Origin: Candidatus Heimdallarchaeum endolithica
Lineage (GTDB): Archaea; Asgardarchaeota; Heimdallarchaeia; Heimdallarchaeales; Heimdallarchaeaceae
Assembly: GCA_021513715.1 (NCBI GenBank)
Contig: CP084167.1
Location: forward strand, 1,984,001-2,048,000
Direction of reading: 5' to 3'
DNA length: 64,000 bases
Positions 43,648 to 52,745 of this stretch are shown here, piece by piece; the stretch's first letter is position 1; each line of letters begins with the position of its first letter. Under the pieces are notes generated by a model that saw nothing but the letters and a program-made list of their open reading frames with translations, made no database searches and had not been told where the DNA came from. Position numbers and translations under genes: made by a program.

Positions 43648-45459
43648 TTATTCAAAAGAAATTGAATTTGTCAAGTTTTTTGCTAAATTTAAAACTTGAA
43701 CCGCTGTTTGCTCATCTACTTTAAGTAATTTCATTATTTCATCAATAGATGCAGCCCCTATATCCTGTAAATTATCGAAATAGGTGTTTAACAATACAGC
43801 TTTTTTTGGTCCTATTCCCTTTATTTGTTCAAACACAGAACGACCTAATTTTCTTGTTCTCAGTTGTTTTGAGTATTGAATGGCAAAACGGTGAGCTTCA
43901 TCTCTTATTCGTTGAAGAAGTTTCAACACTTCAGATTCTCTTGGAAGAACTACAGGATTTGTATCCCATGGAACAAAAAGTTCTTCCTCTTTCTTTGCTA
44001 TTGAAACCAAGGGTAAGTCCAACTTTAATTCTTTTAATACTTTAACTGCAACATTAAGTTGGCCTTTTCCTCCATCAAGTAAAATTAGATCAGGTTGTGG
44101 TTCTTCAAAATCATTATAATTTGAATAATGTCTTTTTAACACTTCATGCATCATAGCATAGTCATTTGGGTCAGTATATTCTTTTCTTATTTTAAATCGT
44201 TTATAAAATCTTTTTTCAGGTTTCCCATTCTTGAACACAACACATGAGCCGGTTGAGTGTTTTCCTCCAAGAGTAGAAATGTCATATCCGTGTATAATTA
44301 TTGGGAGTTTAGGAAGTTTTAGAATTACTTTCATATCTTCCAATACGTTTTTGATGTTTTTCTCACGAGTTTTTGAGGTAAAATAACGTGCAATCTCGTT
44401 AAAAGCGTTTCTTTTTGCTATAGTATATACATCTTTCAATATTTTACTATCAGGAGTAATTAGTTTTATCTTTAGATCATTTTGGGTTTTTTTAATGAAA
44501 ACCTCATCTACAACTAAACGGTCTATCTCAGAAGGATCAGTACCTATTAAAGACAATAAATTAGAGAGAGAAAAATTTTTACTTCTTGCTTCAAGAACAA
44601 TAGAATCTGAGATTATGCGATTAATTCTTTTATTTTTAATTTCAATTTTACAGAAGGATAACACTTCTTGCTCTTCTCTGGTTGCTATTACAACCATATC
44701 ATCCACGTCAAAATTGTTTTCTTTCTGAATCGAAACTATTTTTCTAACAGAATTTATTAAATCACGTAGAACTGCAGCACGTTCAAAATTTTCTTTTTTT
44801 CCTTCTTCCCACATCTCCTTTTCCAAAGAATCTAGAAGTGCGCCCACATTTCCTTCTAGAAAGTTTATCACATTTTCAACTATCTGATTATATTTCTCTG
44901 AGCTCACACTCTTATCACAAGCAATACATTGACCTAGTCTTTTACGCATACATCGGTTTACACTTTTCTTTTCTCTATACTTGTATAATTTTTCACCACA
45001 ATTAGCTATAGGAAATAGTTTCAAAACTAGTTTTACTGTATCCCTTAGTTTCCTGTCGTATCCATAAGGACCAAAATAGATGCTCCCTTCTACGTGAGGG
45101 TCTGTTTCTCTTACTACATATAATTGAGGAAATGGTTCCTCTTTACTAATACGGATAAGGAGAGAGGATTTATCATCCTTACTTCTAACATTTAGTTTAG
45201 GTTTAATATCTTTAATCAATCTCCTTTCAAGCAATATAGCTTCTGTTTCTGTTCTTGTTTCCAAAAAATCTATATTGTAAGCTTGTTCTTGAATCGCTCG
45301 TTCTTTCTTTATTTCTAAAGATGTTTCAGAAAAATGTTGTTTAACTCTATCTTTTAGATTTTTAGCTTTTCCGATATAGATCACATTTCCCTCTGAATCT
45401 TTGATCAAATATACACCAGGACCAGTAGGTAATCTTTCTATATCAGAAACAATATTCAT
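43648..45459 (-). CDS. uvrC: Excinuclease ABC subunit C
   Basis: GIY-YIG (PGVY..IYIGKAKNL), YDIS, DGGKGQL, RDEAHRFA, HhH motif. Confidence 0.96.
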   Translation of the reverse strand: MNIVSDIERLPTGPGVYLIKDSEGNVIYIGKAKNLKDRVKQHFSETSLEIKKERAIQEQAYNIDFLETRTETEAILLERRLIKDIKPKLNVRSKDDKSSLLIRISKEEPFPQLYVVRETDPHVEGSIYFGPYGYDRKLRDTVKLVLKLFPIANCGEKLYKYREKKSVNRCMRKRLGQCIACDKSVSSEKYNQIVENVINFLEGNVGALLDSLEKEMWEEGKKENFERAAVLRDLINSVRKIVSIQKENNFDVDDMVVIATREEQEVLSFCKIEIKNKRINRIISDSIVLEARSKNFSLSNLLSLIGTDPSEIDRLVVDEVFIKKTQNDLKIKLITPDSKILKDVYTIAKRNAFNEIARYFTSKTREKNIKNVLEDMKVILKLPKLPIIIHGYDISTLGGKHSTGSCVVFKNGKPEKRFYKRFKIRKEYTDPNDYAMMHEVLKRHYSNYNDFEEPQPDLILLDGGKGQLNVAVKVLKELKLDLPLVSIAKKEEELFVPWDTNPVVLPRESEVLKLLQRIRDEAHRFAIQYSKQLRTRKLGRSVFEQIKGIGPKKAVLLNTYFDNLQDIGAASIDEIMKLLKVDEQTAVQVLNLAKNLTNSISFE

Positions 45460-47438
45460 ATTCTATCAACCTGCTTCTCAATTTCACGTATCTTATCTCG
45501 GTAAATAGCAGCTTTTTCAAATTCTAAGTTAGCAGCAGCTTCTGCCATTTTCTCTTTTAGTTCATTGATAATAACCATTATCTCTTCTACTGTAAGTTCA
45601 CTTCTATCAATAGTTATCTCTTCTTCTTCCTCCTTTTGAGACACTTGCATTAAAGTTTCTACTATGGATTTCACTTCTTTCTTTATTGTTTGAGGGTTAA
45701 TTCCATGTTTTCGATTATATTCTATCTGTATTCTTCTTCGTCTGTTATTCTCAAATATAGCTTCTTTCATAGAATCTGTAATTTTATCAGCATACAAAAT
45801 AACACTCCCGCTAACGTTTCTACTTGCTCTACCCATTAATTGAATTAGAGAGCTTTTAGATCTTAGAAAACCTTCTTTATCTGCATCAAGAATAGCGACT
45901 AACCCTACTTCCGGAAGGTCTAGTCCTTCACGAAGAAGATTAATCCCAACTATGACATCATACTTTCCGATTCTTAAGTCCCTTAATATGTTTATTCTGT
46001 CTAATGTATCTACTTCATGATGTAAATAGACAGAGTTGATTCCGTTATCAATTAAATAATCCGAAAGCATCTCAGCGTTGTCTTTTGTTAATGTGGTAAC
46101 AAGTACTCTATCGCCCTTCCTAACTTGTTTTTTTATTTCTCCTAATAGGTCATCTATTTGCCCTTCTGTTTTTCTTACTTCAATTTTAGGATCTACAAGC
46201 CCCGTGGGTCTAATAATCTGCTCCACTATCTGTTCAGAGTGCTCAATTTCATAAGGCCCGGGAGTTGCACTAGTAAAGATGACTTTTTTCATATATTTCT
46301 TAAATTCATCAAATTTTAAAGGTCTATTATCAAAAGCGCTAGGTAATCTAAAACCATAATCCACTAGATTCTTCTTTCGAGAATAGTCTCCACCAAACAT
46401 TCCTTTTATTTGTGGAATAGTAAGATGACTCTCATCAATTACCAAAAGAAAATCATCAGGCATATGATCCATCAGAGTATAAGGAGGTTCTCCTTTTTTT
46501 CTTCTGTCTAAATGACGAGAATAATTTTCAATTCCAGGACAATATTTTGTCTCTCTTAGTAATTCTAGATCATATTTCGTCCGTTGTTTGAGCCTTTGGT
46601 ATTCAACAAGTTTACCTTGACTTTTTAATTCAGCCAATCGTTCTTCCAGCTCTTGTTCTATATCAGCTAAAGCTTGGTCAAATAAATTATCACGAGTAAG
46701 ATAATGTGTGCCAGGATAAAAAGTGAGTTCTTGGAATTCACGAACTTGGTTATATGTAACAGGATCTCTGGAAGTTAATCTTTCTATTTCATCTCCGAAA
46801 AATTCTACACGATAAATATAATCTCCATACTGAGGAAAAATGTCGATAGTGTCTCCCCGAACCCTAAATTTTCCTCTAGTTAGATTAATATCGTTACGTT
46901 CATATCGGTTATTGATGAGTTGTGACATTAACTTTTCTCTATCAAATTCTTGTCCAACAACAAGCTCTAAACGCTTTGCTCGATAGATTGCAGGGTCTCC
47001 AATACCATAAATACAACTAACAGAAGCAACAACTATCACGTCATCGCGAGTAGCTAATGCTTCGGTGGCAGAATGGCGTAAGCGTTCAATTTCTTCGTTA
47101 ATATCAAAATCTTTCTCAATAAGAAGATCCTTGGAAGGAAGATAAGCTTCAGGTTGATAATAATCATAAAAACTAACAAAATACTCAACACGAGCTGAAG
47201 GAAAAAGAACTTTAAACTCACCATAAAGTTGAGCAGCGAGAGTTTTGTTAGGGGCAATAACCAAAGTGGGAAGTTTAAGACGGTCAATGACCCATGCTAT
47301 GCTGTCAGTCTTGCCACTGCCTGTGGTACCTAAAAGTGTCTGTAGTTTGTACCCTTTTTTTATTCCTTCTACTAATTGCTCAATTGCTTTTGGTTGGTCT
47401 CCTTTAGGAGTAAAAGGAGTTTCGATATTTAATGGCAT
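45456..47438 (-). CDS. uvrB: Excinuclease ABC subunit B
   Basis: GDQP, GSGKT, YDYYQPEAY, DESH, INLLREGLD motifs; C-terminal UVR domain. Confidence 0.97.
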   Translation of the reverse strand: MPLNIETPFTPKGDQPKAIEQLVEGIKKGYKLQTLLGTTGSGKTDSIAWVIDRLKLPTLVIAPNKTLAAQLYGEFKVLFPSARVEYFVSFYDYYQPEAYLPSKDLLIEKDFDINEEIERLRHSATEALATRDDVIVVASVSCIYGIGDPAIYRAKRLELVVGQEFDREKLMSQLINNRYERNDINLTRGKFRVRGDTIDIFPQYGDYIYRVEFFGDEIERLTSRDPVTYNQVREFQELTFYPGTHYLTRDNLFDQALADIEQELEERLAELKSQGKLVEYQRLKQRTKYDLELLRETKYCPGIENYSRHLDRRKKGEPPYTLMDHMPDDFLLVIDESHLTIPQIKGMFGGDYSRKKNLVDYGFRLPSAFDNRPLKFDEFKKYMKKVIFTSATPGPYEIEHSEQIVEQIIRPTGLVDPKIEVRKTEGQIDDLLGEIKKQVRKGDRVLVTTLTKDNAEMLSDYLIDNGINSVYLHHEVDTLDRINILRDLRIGKYDVIVGINLLREGLDLPEVGLVAILDADKEGFLRSKSSLIQLMGRASRNVSGSVILYADKITDSMKEAIFENNRRRRIQIEYNRKHGINPQTIKKEVKSIVETLMQVSQKEEEEEITIDRSELTVEEIMVIINELKEKMAEAAANLEFEKAAIYRDKIREIEKQVDRI

Positions 47439-47523
47439 CTATATTATCATCCCTTTTTATTTGAAAAATATATTTATTGATTCAGAATTATTTACATTAT
47501 AAACTAATTTATGATTTACTTTT

Positions 47524-47770
47524 TTACGTAAAGTTTTTCGCACTCTGTCTTGCAAGAGAGGAAACAAGTAAAAGTTTAATCTCTTGAACTCAACCAAGCC
47601 ATACAATGCTATGAAGGGGTTGAGACAGACATCATACACGAAGCGTGGGAATCATAAAGAAGAAAAGAAAGTTTTTCTTTCTTTTCTTCACTCCACGAGA
47701 GACAAAAAAGAAAGAGAGAAAACTAACTCTAACACAAGAGGAGAGAATTAGTCCTTTCCTTTTTTGTCTA
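47524..47770 (-). ncRNA. Putative omegaRNA scaffold downstream of tnpB
   Basis: Stems AGACAAAAAAG/CTTTTTTGTCT, CGTGG/CCACG with a 13-bp GAAGAAAAGAAAG hairpin, and TTCGTG/TGCGAA enclosing TCTGTCT/AGACAGA, CTCAACC/GGTTGAG and CAAGAGA/TCTCTTG; ends at the element boundary. Confidence 0.7.
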
Positions 47771-49219
47771 CTGGGGCTGCAACCAATGGCTGAGTCCTAG
47801 GCAAACAGTGAAATGAGTAGAACTGTATCGCTGACCAGTGAGGTAATCAGTAATAGTTGTTCCTCGAGGACGAAAAAGAGCACCAAGGAACTTAAGAGCG
47901 ATATTTATTGCTCCTGTGAGGTCAGAGTGGAAAGTGTAGTTGCAAGAGGGGCAATGGACTAAACCTCTAACGGGACGGATAACTTTCCTCCCACAACGAG
48001 CACAGTGAGAAGATGTTCCTCTTTCCTCCACAGTTAATATTCGGTGAGGTTCAAAACCTCGAAGTATCAATGCCCGACGGAGAAGAGTAAGAACAAGGTA
48101 AAAATTCCATTGATGAAGTTTCCTGCGAAAATTACGAGTACTTTTACCTTTTCCTTTCTCCTCACGAACATGTTTAGGGTAACCTACAACGACGAAAAGG
48201 TCATACACTTGTGCATAAGTTTCTATCGTATGCACAACTTCACTTATAAATTGGTGAATATAGGCTCGTTTAACGTTTTTATATCTTCTTCGGAGAAGAC
48301 CGAGAAAACGGTAAAGTTGGTGTTTTTTACCCGACTGGTCGTTTAAAGCTGCTTTCCTCTGAAGACGGGAAAGTTTGAGTTTATATCTATGATTGACTCT
48401 ATTCCACTGTTTGGTATACCAGAACTTTATCTCTTTGTTTGTTAATTTCTTTTTAGGGGTCAGTAACACTCCTGCAGCAGGAATGTTTATCCCTAGATCT
48501 ATTCCCAGCACAGCTGGAGGAAGAGAAGAAGAATTATCTTCTTTAGTAGGATAAAAGGAAGAAGGAAGAACTCTTAGTTGGAAATACACCCACCACTCAC
48601 GTGTAGAACGTTTATATCTTAGTTCTAAACTTTTTATTCTTCCTTTCTTTAACTCTTTCTGGTGGAAAGTGCTCATCTCTAAAGGTAACCATAGTTTCTG
48701 GTGGTAAGGGGTGTTTCTTTTCCACGTATCCAACGAGTCTCTTATCCCCACCCACCAACGAGTGAGAGTGTTATTCTTCTCTTTAGGTAAATGAACGAGA
48801 ATGAACCTCTTTGCATTAATTAGTTGTCTTCTCGCTCTCTTTATTGGAGGACGAGTAGGACTGGGTCTATACCCTTGCTCATATAGTTGAACAGCTATAT
48901 CTCTACATTCTTGGAATTCATTGTGAGAACAATAAGGGAACATTTTCTTAAGATCGTGAGGAACAGTCTTTCTTCTCTCTTTTTCTTTAACTTTTGAAGT
49001 CGTTAGCGTCAGTTCATCTAATTTTCCTCTATGTACTCTTATTTTCCCTTTTTTAGTTTTAGCACATATTTTTCTTCTATTGTGGTGTATTATTCTCACA
49101 TACTTTTCTATTATCCTCGTGTCTCTCCCCGTTATTCTCCTTAACCTTTCCTTCTTCCTCGTCGTCAATACCTCCTTCTTTATTCTCACTTTCAAGGTTT
49201 TGACGACGTCCTCCACCAT
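47768..49219 (-). CDS. tnpB: TnpB/Cas12f-like RNA-guided endonuclease with rearranged RuvC-II
   Basis: N-terminal KTLKVRI, RuvC-I LGIDLG, VVVGYP in place of VxEDL, VEERGTS, CARC/CPSC zinc ribbon, RuvC-III HSDLTGAINI. Confidence 0.88.
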   Translation of the reverse strand: MVEDVVKTLKVRIKKEVLTTRKKERLRRITGRDTRIIEKYVRIIHHNRRKICAKTKKGKIRVHRGKLDELTLTTSKVKEKERRKTVPHDLKKMFPYCSHNEFQECRDIAVQLYEQGYRPSPTRPPIKRARRQLINAKRFILVHLPKEKNNTLTRWWVGIRDSLDTWKRNTPYHQKLWLPLEMSTFHQKELKKGRIKSLELRYKRSTREWWVYFQLRVLPSSFYPTKEDNSSSLPPAVLGIDLGINIPAAGVLLTPKKKLTNKEIKFWYTKQWNRVNHRYKLKLSRLQRKAALNDQSGKKHQLYRFLGLLRRRYKNVKRAYIHQFISEVVHTIETYAQVYDLFVVVGYPKHVREEKGKGKSTRNFRRKLHQWNFYLVLTLLRRALILRGFEPHRILTVEERGTSSHCARCGRKVIRPVRGLVHCPSCNYTFHSDLTGAINIALKFLGALFRPRGTTITDYLTGQRYSSTHFTVCLGLSHWLQPQ

Positions 49220-49421
49220 CTTTCTCTTTTCTCCTTCTTTCCTCTTTTTTGTTTCTTCTTCTCTTTTTATTTTACTTTTTTTCCCTATAAAAACCCCTCT
49301 CCTTCCTCTCTTCTCTTTTTCCTCTCCTTCTTCCTCAACAACTGTAAATTACGTAAAAAATAGAAGCATGTTAGCCCAAAAGATAATAAAATTAATATAA
49401 ATTAGAGTACATGTCTAAAAT

Positions 49422-49868
49422 GTGAGTTTGGGTAATAACAATCAGGATGAAACGATTTTTCTTTCTCTTGAGGGGATTTTGACAATTACCTTAATTGGAT
49501 TATATTTGTTTTTGTACATCAGATATACTCCCACTGTATTATGCATTATATACCCAATAGAAATAACTTATATCTTGTTCTTTTCTATTACAACACTATT
49601 AGCTCTGTCTAATACCTATAATATCACTATCTACCTTTGGAAATTTAGTAAAATCGTATCAAACATGTTCATCCTAAGAATAATTAATTTTGTTATTAGT
49701 CTAACTTTAACATTAATTTATCTTATTTGGCATAGTAAAGGATGTGGAAATTTAAGAACAATACAGCTATTACTCGTTAAATTGATACCTTTCTGTATTG
49801 GTTCTCTGTTTCCTATTCTACTTTTACTGCTAATTAAAGAGATCCTTGCACATAAAAATAAGACATGA
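49422..49868 (+). CDS. Hypothetical membrane protein (about 4 TM helices)
   Basis: Hydrophobic ORF with GTG start; no recognisable motif. Confidence 0.4.
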   Translation: MSLGNNNQDETIFLSLEGILTITLIGLYLFLYIRYTPTVLCIIYPIEITYILFFSITTLLALSNTYNITIYLWKFSKIVSNMFILRIINFVISLTLTLIYLIWHSKGCGNLRTIQLLLVKLIPFCIGSLFPILLLLLIKEILAHKNKT

Positions 49869-50200
49869 AAATATTATTACATTCAAGCTAGGAGAACATT
49901 TTTGAGCAATTAGAAAAAAACTAATACAAACATTCTATTTAAGTTAGTGAAAGTGCTAGAAAGAGAAAGTGCCTATAAACACTCATTTCAGGGTATAGTT
50001 GCAGTTTTAACCATTCAGCTTAATAACTCGTTCCAGTGGAAATAAAACAATCACCATCTAATAAGGGGTTCTTTACAATAAGAAAGTAACAAATAATAAT
50101 ATACCACCTTTCAATAACGTATATTAGACATCCATAATAAAATTAGGAGTTATAAGCTATATTATTCAAGAATATAACATTTTATAAAATAAATTCAAAC

Positions 50201-50345
50201 ATTGCAGTAAAATTGCAGTGGAAATTGCAGTAAATCTGCAGAGAAATTGCAGTAAAAAAGAAATAATGCAAGAATAAAGGTCAAAAGTATAAATGCACAT
50301 CATGATTTATAAAATATCAAAAAAAGTTGCAGTGAAATTGCAGTA
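50201..50345 (+). repeat. Array of seven ~11-bp (A)ATTGCAGT(A/G) repeats (5+2)
   Basis: TGCAG cores start at 50203, 50214, 50226, 50237, 50248, 50328 and 50339. Confidence 0.85.
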
Positions 50346-50377
50346 GACAAGAAGTAAAAAATAGATGGTGATTAAAT

Positions 50378-51127
50378 TCAACTATTTAAAGGAAAATAAA
50401 GAGGATAAATTATTTTTGCAAAGTTCTTATAGACTGGAACTCGATAATCGTATTGTTCAATTAATGAAGTTAATCTGATTATCTCAAATTCTGAATACGG
50501 TTTCATTCCTGGAAATTGCTCTGGATCTCCGTAATCTAGGATTTTATAGATTACCTCGTCCAATTCATTTAACTCTAAATAAACTTGAATTAATAAGTGG
50601 ATGTGAGGAGTTAGGAGTTCAACTTTCTTTTCTTCTTCAACTGAATTAACTATTCGCAATATTGAAAAGATCACTGCTCTTCGTGTGATGTAATCTTTTG
50701 AGTAAACCACTTCTTTCAAAGAAGATAAAATGTCAACGTCATCAAGATAACCTATTGCTCTAATAGCTGCATATTGTAAATCATAATCACTTTCTTCAAT
50801 AATTTTTTTGATAAAATCTTTCGAGGAATAGTCTCTTAACTGTCCCAGGATTTCTAATACAGACAGTTTTGTAGCTAAGGATCTCTTTTCAAGTAATTGA
50901 TGAAGCTTTAGTAGGATTTCCTCTTTTTTTTCTGGATAAAGATTAACGAGTTTAATTATAGTCAATGCTGTAGCGTTTCTTACATTCCAATCCTTGTCAC
51001 TTAAAAGTGGCAAAAGATTATTGATGTCCTTGTCTTTCCCCTTCTTTCTTAAAAAAAGAACAGCTTTTAGTCTATCTAAGTCTATTTCGCTTCCTAATTT
51101 TTTTATCATTAACCATCTTTTAAACAT
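50378..51127 (-). CDS. HEAT-repeat protein
   Basis: LLPLLSDKDWNVRNATA, IIEESDYDLQYAAIRAIG, VVYSKDYITRRAVI. Confidence 0.85.
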   Translation of the reverse strand: MFKRWLMIKKLGSEIDLDRLKAVLFLRKKGKDKDINNLLPLLSDKDWNVRNATALTIIKLVNLYPEKKEEILLKLHQLLEKRSLATKLSVLEILGQLRDYSSKDFIKKIIEESDYDLQYAAIRAIGYLDDVDILSSLKEVVYSKDYITRRAVIFSILRIVNSVEEEKKVELLTPHIHLLIQVYLELNELDEVIYKILDYGDPEQFPGMKPYSEFEIIRLTSLIEQYDYRVPVYKNFAKIIYPLYFPLNS

Positions 51128-52745
51128 AGTACATTCCTTCCTTTATTAGATAACTTATAGCGTTTCTTTGAGGTTGAGAGAGTTTCTTCAAATGTGTATA
51201 GTCTACTCGTTCAACTTCCATTTTCTCTTTTTCTTCATCGAGTTCAGTTTTGTATGCATCCTTTCTTTTCGTTACTTGAACAGCTCTAGTCACAATAGGC
51301 AAGTTATAGGGACTAATTGGTTGTTTTCTACTAATTTTATGGACAGCAAACAAAGTTGCAACGTGCATACCTCTGATTTTTTTGAAAGCGATAATGTCTG
51401 CAAAAGCAGGAAGTATGGTAGCAAAATCTTCACGATATAAAGCCATGTGATTATGCAAAATAACCAATTGATCTAGTCCCACACCTTCGTTATTGATTTC
51501 AAAGACATAAACTTTCTTTTCATCAACAGTTAAATATCCCTTGAATTCTATTTTTGGGTTATCATCCATCAATTGTCCAAAAGTACTGTATTTCTTTCTA
51601 TATATCTTTTTGATGTAATTTTCCAGTTGTGTCCAACCATAAGCATAAACAGACCAAATATCAGTGAAATTGGTAGTTGTTACATGCCAATCCTTTAACA
51701 CTTTTTCTGAATGAGCTCTTTTTTGTTCAGACACCCAATTTTTTAGCTCTTGCCAATCGAAAGTCTCAAGAAATTCTAAATCAGTCCTAAAGCTAAACAG
51801 TTTATCAAACAATCTTTTTTCAATTTCTTCTGACGAAAGGCTCTCCTTTTTCTCTTTTTCTATTTGTTCGCTTATAGCCAATTTTAGTTTATCAACTAAG
51901 AACAAACTTATTTTTCCAACAGGGGGAGCCATAAAGGGTTTAAGTTCTTTAGGAAGATTCTTGGGGACCTGTTTATTTTTATTCAAATAATCTAAATGCA
52001 TCCTTTGAATATAGAATGCAAATCCTTCATCGATTAAATCGTGGAGATGTTTCTTTCTTGATTCTTTTGCTCTTTCCTTTAGAACCTTAATAACCTCAAT
52101 TGAAAAGTTGTTGAATAAAGTGTATTTTCTTGCTTCTTCAGGAGGAGAATAAAAGTCTTGTACTCCAGCCTCAACAAACAATCGTATAACGCTTATTAGA
52201 TCCTGATAGTACTGCCAAGTCCACATCAACTGTTTGTTTGTTTCTTCGTTAATTTTGTAAGCATTATTTTGGAATAATTCTTTCAAAATTACATCTAATT
52301 GGTATATACGAGATAATTGTCTAGGATTATTGGATTCTGTTTTTTCATTCATATAGGCATGAGCAAAAGCATGAACTAGCATTATTCTCAAAGTTAATTT
52401 CTCTTCCTCTGTCAATTCATAACGAGGTGTTGAAAGATAAATTAAAGTAGGTATGCTGTTAAAAACTGTTTCTTTTCCTAACGGCATATATTCATTATTT
52501 CTTGCAGATTGTAGATGAACAACTTCTTCAGCAGTTAAGATTGCTTGGGGAGTTCCTGCACTTTCAATCACCCGATTAACAGAAATATGTAGGTCAGGGT
52601 TAAGAAATATTAGTATTCTATAATTCTCTGGTGTTTCTCCTACCAGTTCTAAGAAATCTTTTCTTGCTTTTAGATACACATTAATGATATCAGCTAATTC
52701 GTCTTTATGCATGGTAAATACTCTCCCGTAGTACTTGCTCTCCAA
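51120..52745 (-). CDS. Hypothetical protein with zincin/SpoVR-like metal-binding motifs
   Basis: LVHAFAH (HxxxH lacking the catalytic E) and downstream LIDEGFA. Start probably ATG 52712. Confidence 0.55.
   Translation of the reverse strand: MESKYYGRVFTMHKDELADIINVYLKARKDFLELVGETPENYRILIFLNPDLHISVNRVIESAGTPQAILTAEEVVHLQSARNNEYMPLGKETVFNSIPTLIYLSTPRYELTEEEKLTLRIMLVHAFAHAYMNEKTESNNPRQLSRIYQLDVILKELFQNNAYKINEETNKQLMWTWQYYQDLISVIRLFVEAGVQDFYSPPEEARKYTLFNNFSIEVIKVLKERAKESRKKHLHDLIDEGFAFYIQRMHLDYLNKNKQVPKNLPKELKPFMAPPVGKISLFLVDKLKLAISEQIEKEKKESLSSEEIEKRLFDKLFSFRTDLEFLETFDWQELKNWVSEQKRAHSEKVLKDWHVTTTNFTDIWSVYAYGWTQLENYIKKIYRKKYSTFGQLMDDNPKIEFKGYLTVDEKKVYVFEINNEGVGLDQLVILHNHMALYREDFATILPAFADIIAFKKIRGMHVATLFAVHKISRKQPISPYNLPIVTRAVQVTKRKDAYKTELDEEKEKMEVERVDYTHLKKLSQPQRNAISYLIKEGMYYV

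Larger units (their letters stand above)
47524..49357 (-). mobile_element. TnpB-encoding element (no transposase) bounded by TTACGTAAA direct repeats
   Basis: TTACGTAAA at 47524-47532 and 49349-49357; removing the element restores the palindrome TTTTTTACGTAAAAAA. Composition differs from the flanks. Confidence 0.75.

Noticed and set aside
47457-47639. 60-aa ORF downstream of tnpB
   Set aside because: Lies within the omegaRNA-like structure and crosses the element boundary.
47768-49219. Catalytically dead TnpB (TldR-type repressor)
   Set aside because: Both aspartates are intact and a relocated Glu is present, so rearrangement fits better than inactivation, though this is untested.
50201-50345. 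CRISPR array
   Set aside because: Units are ~11 bp with no spacers and there are no cas genes. I saw no CRISPR array anywhere in the window.
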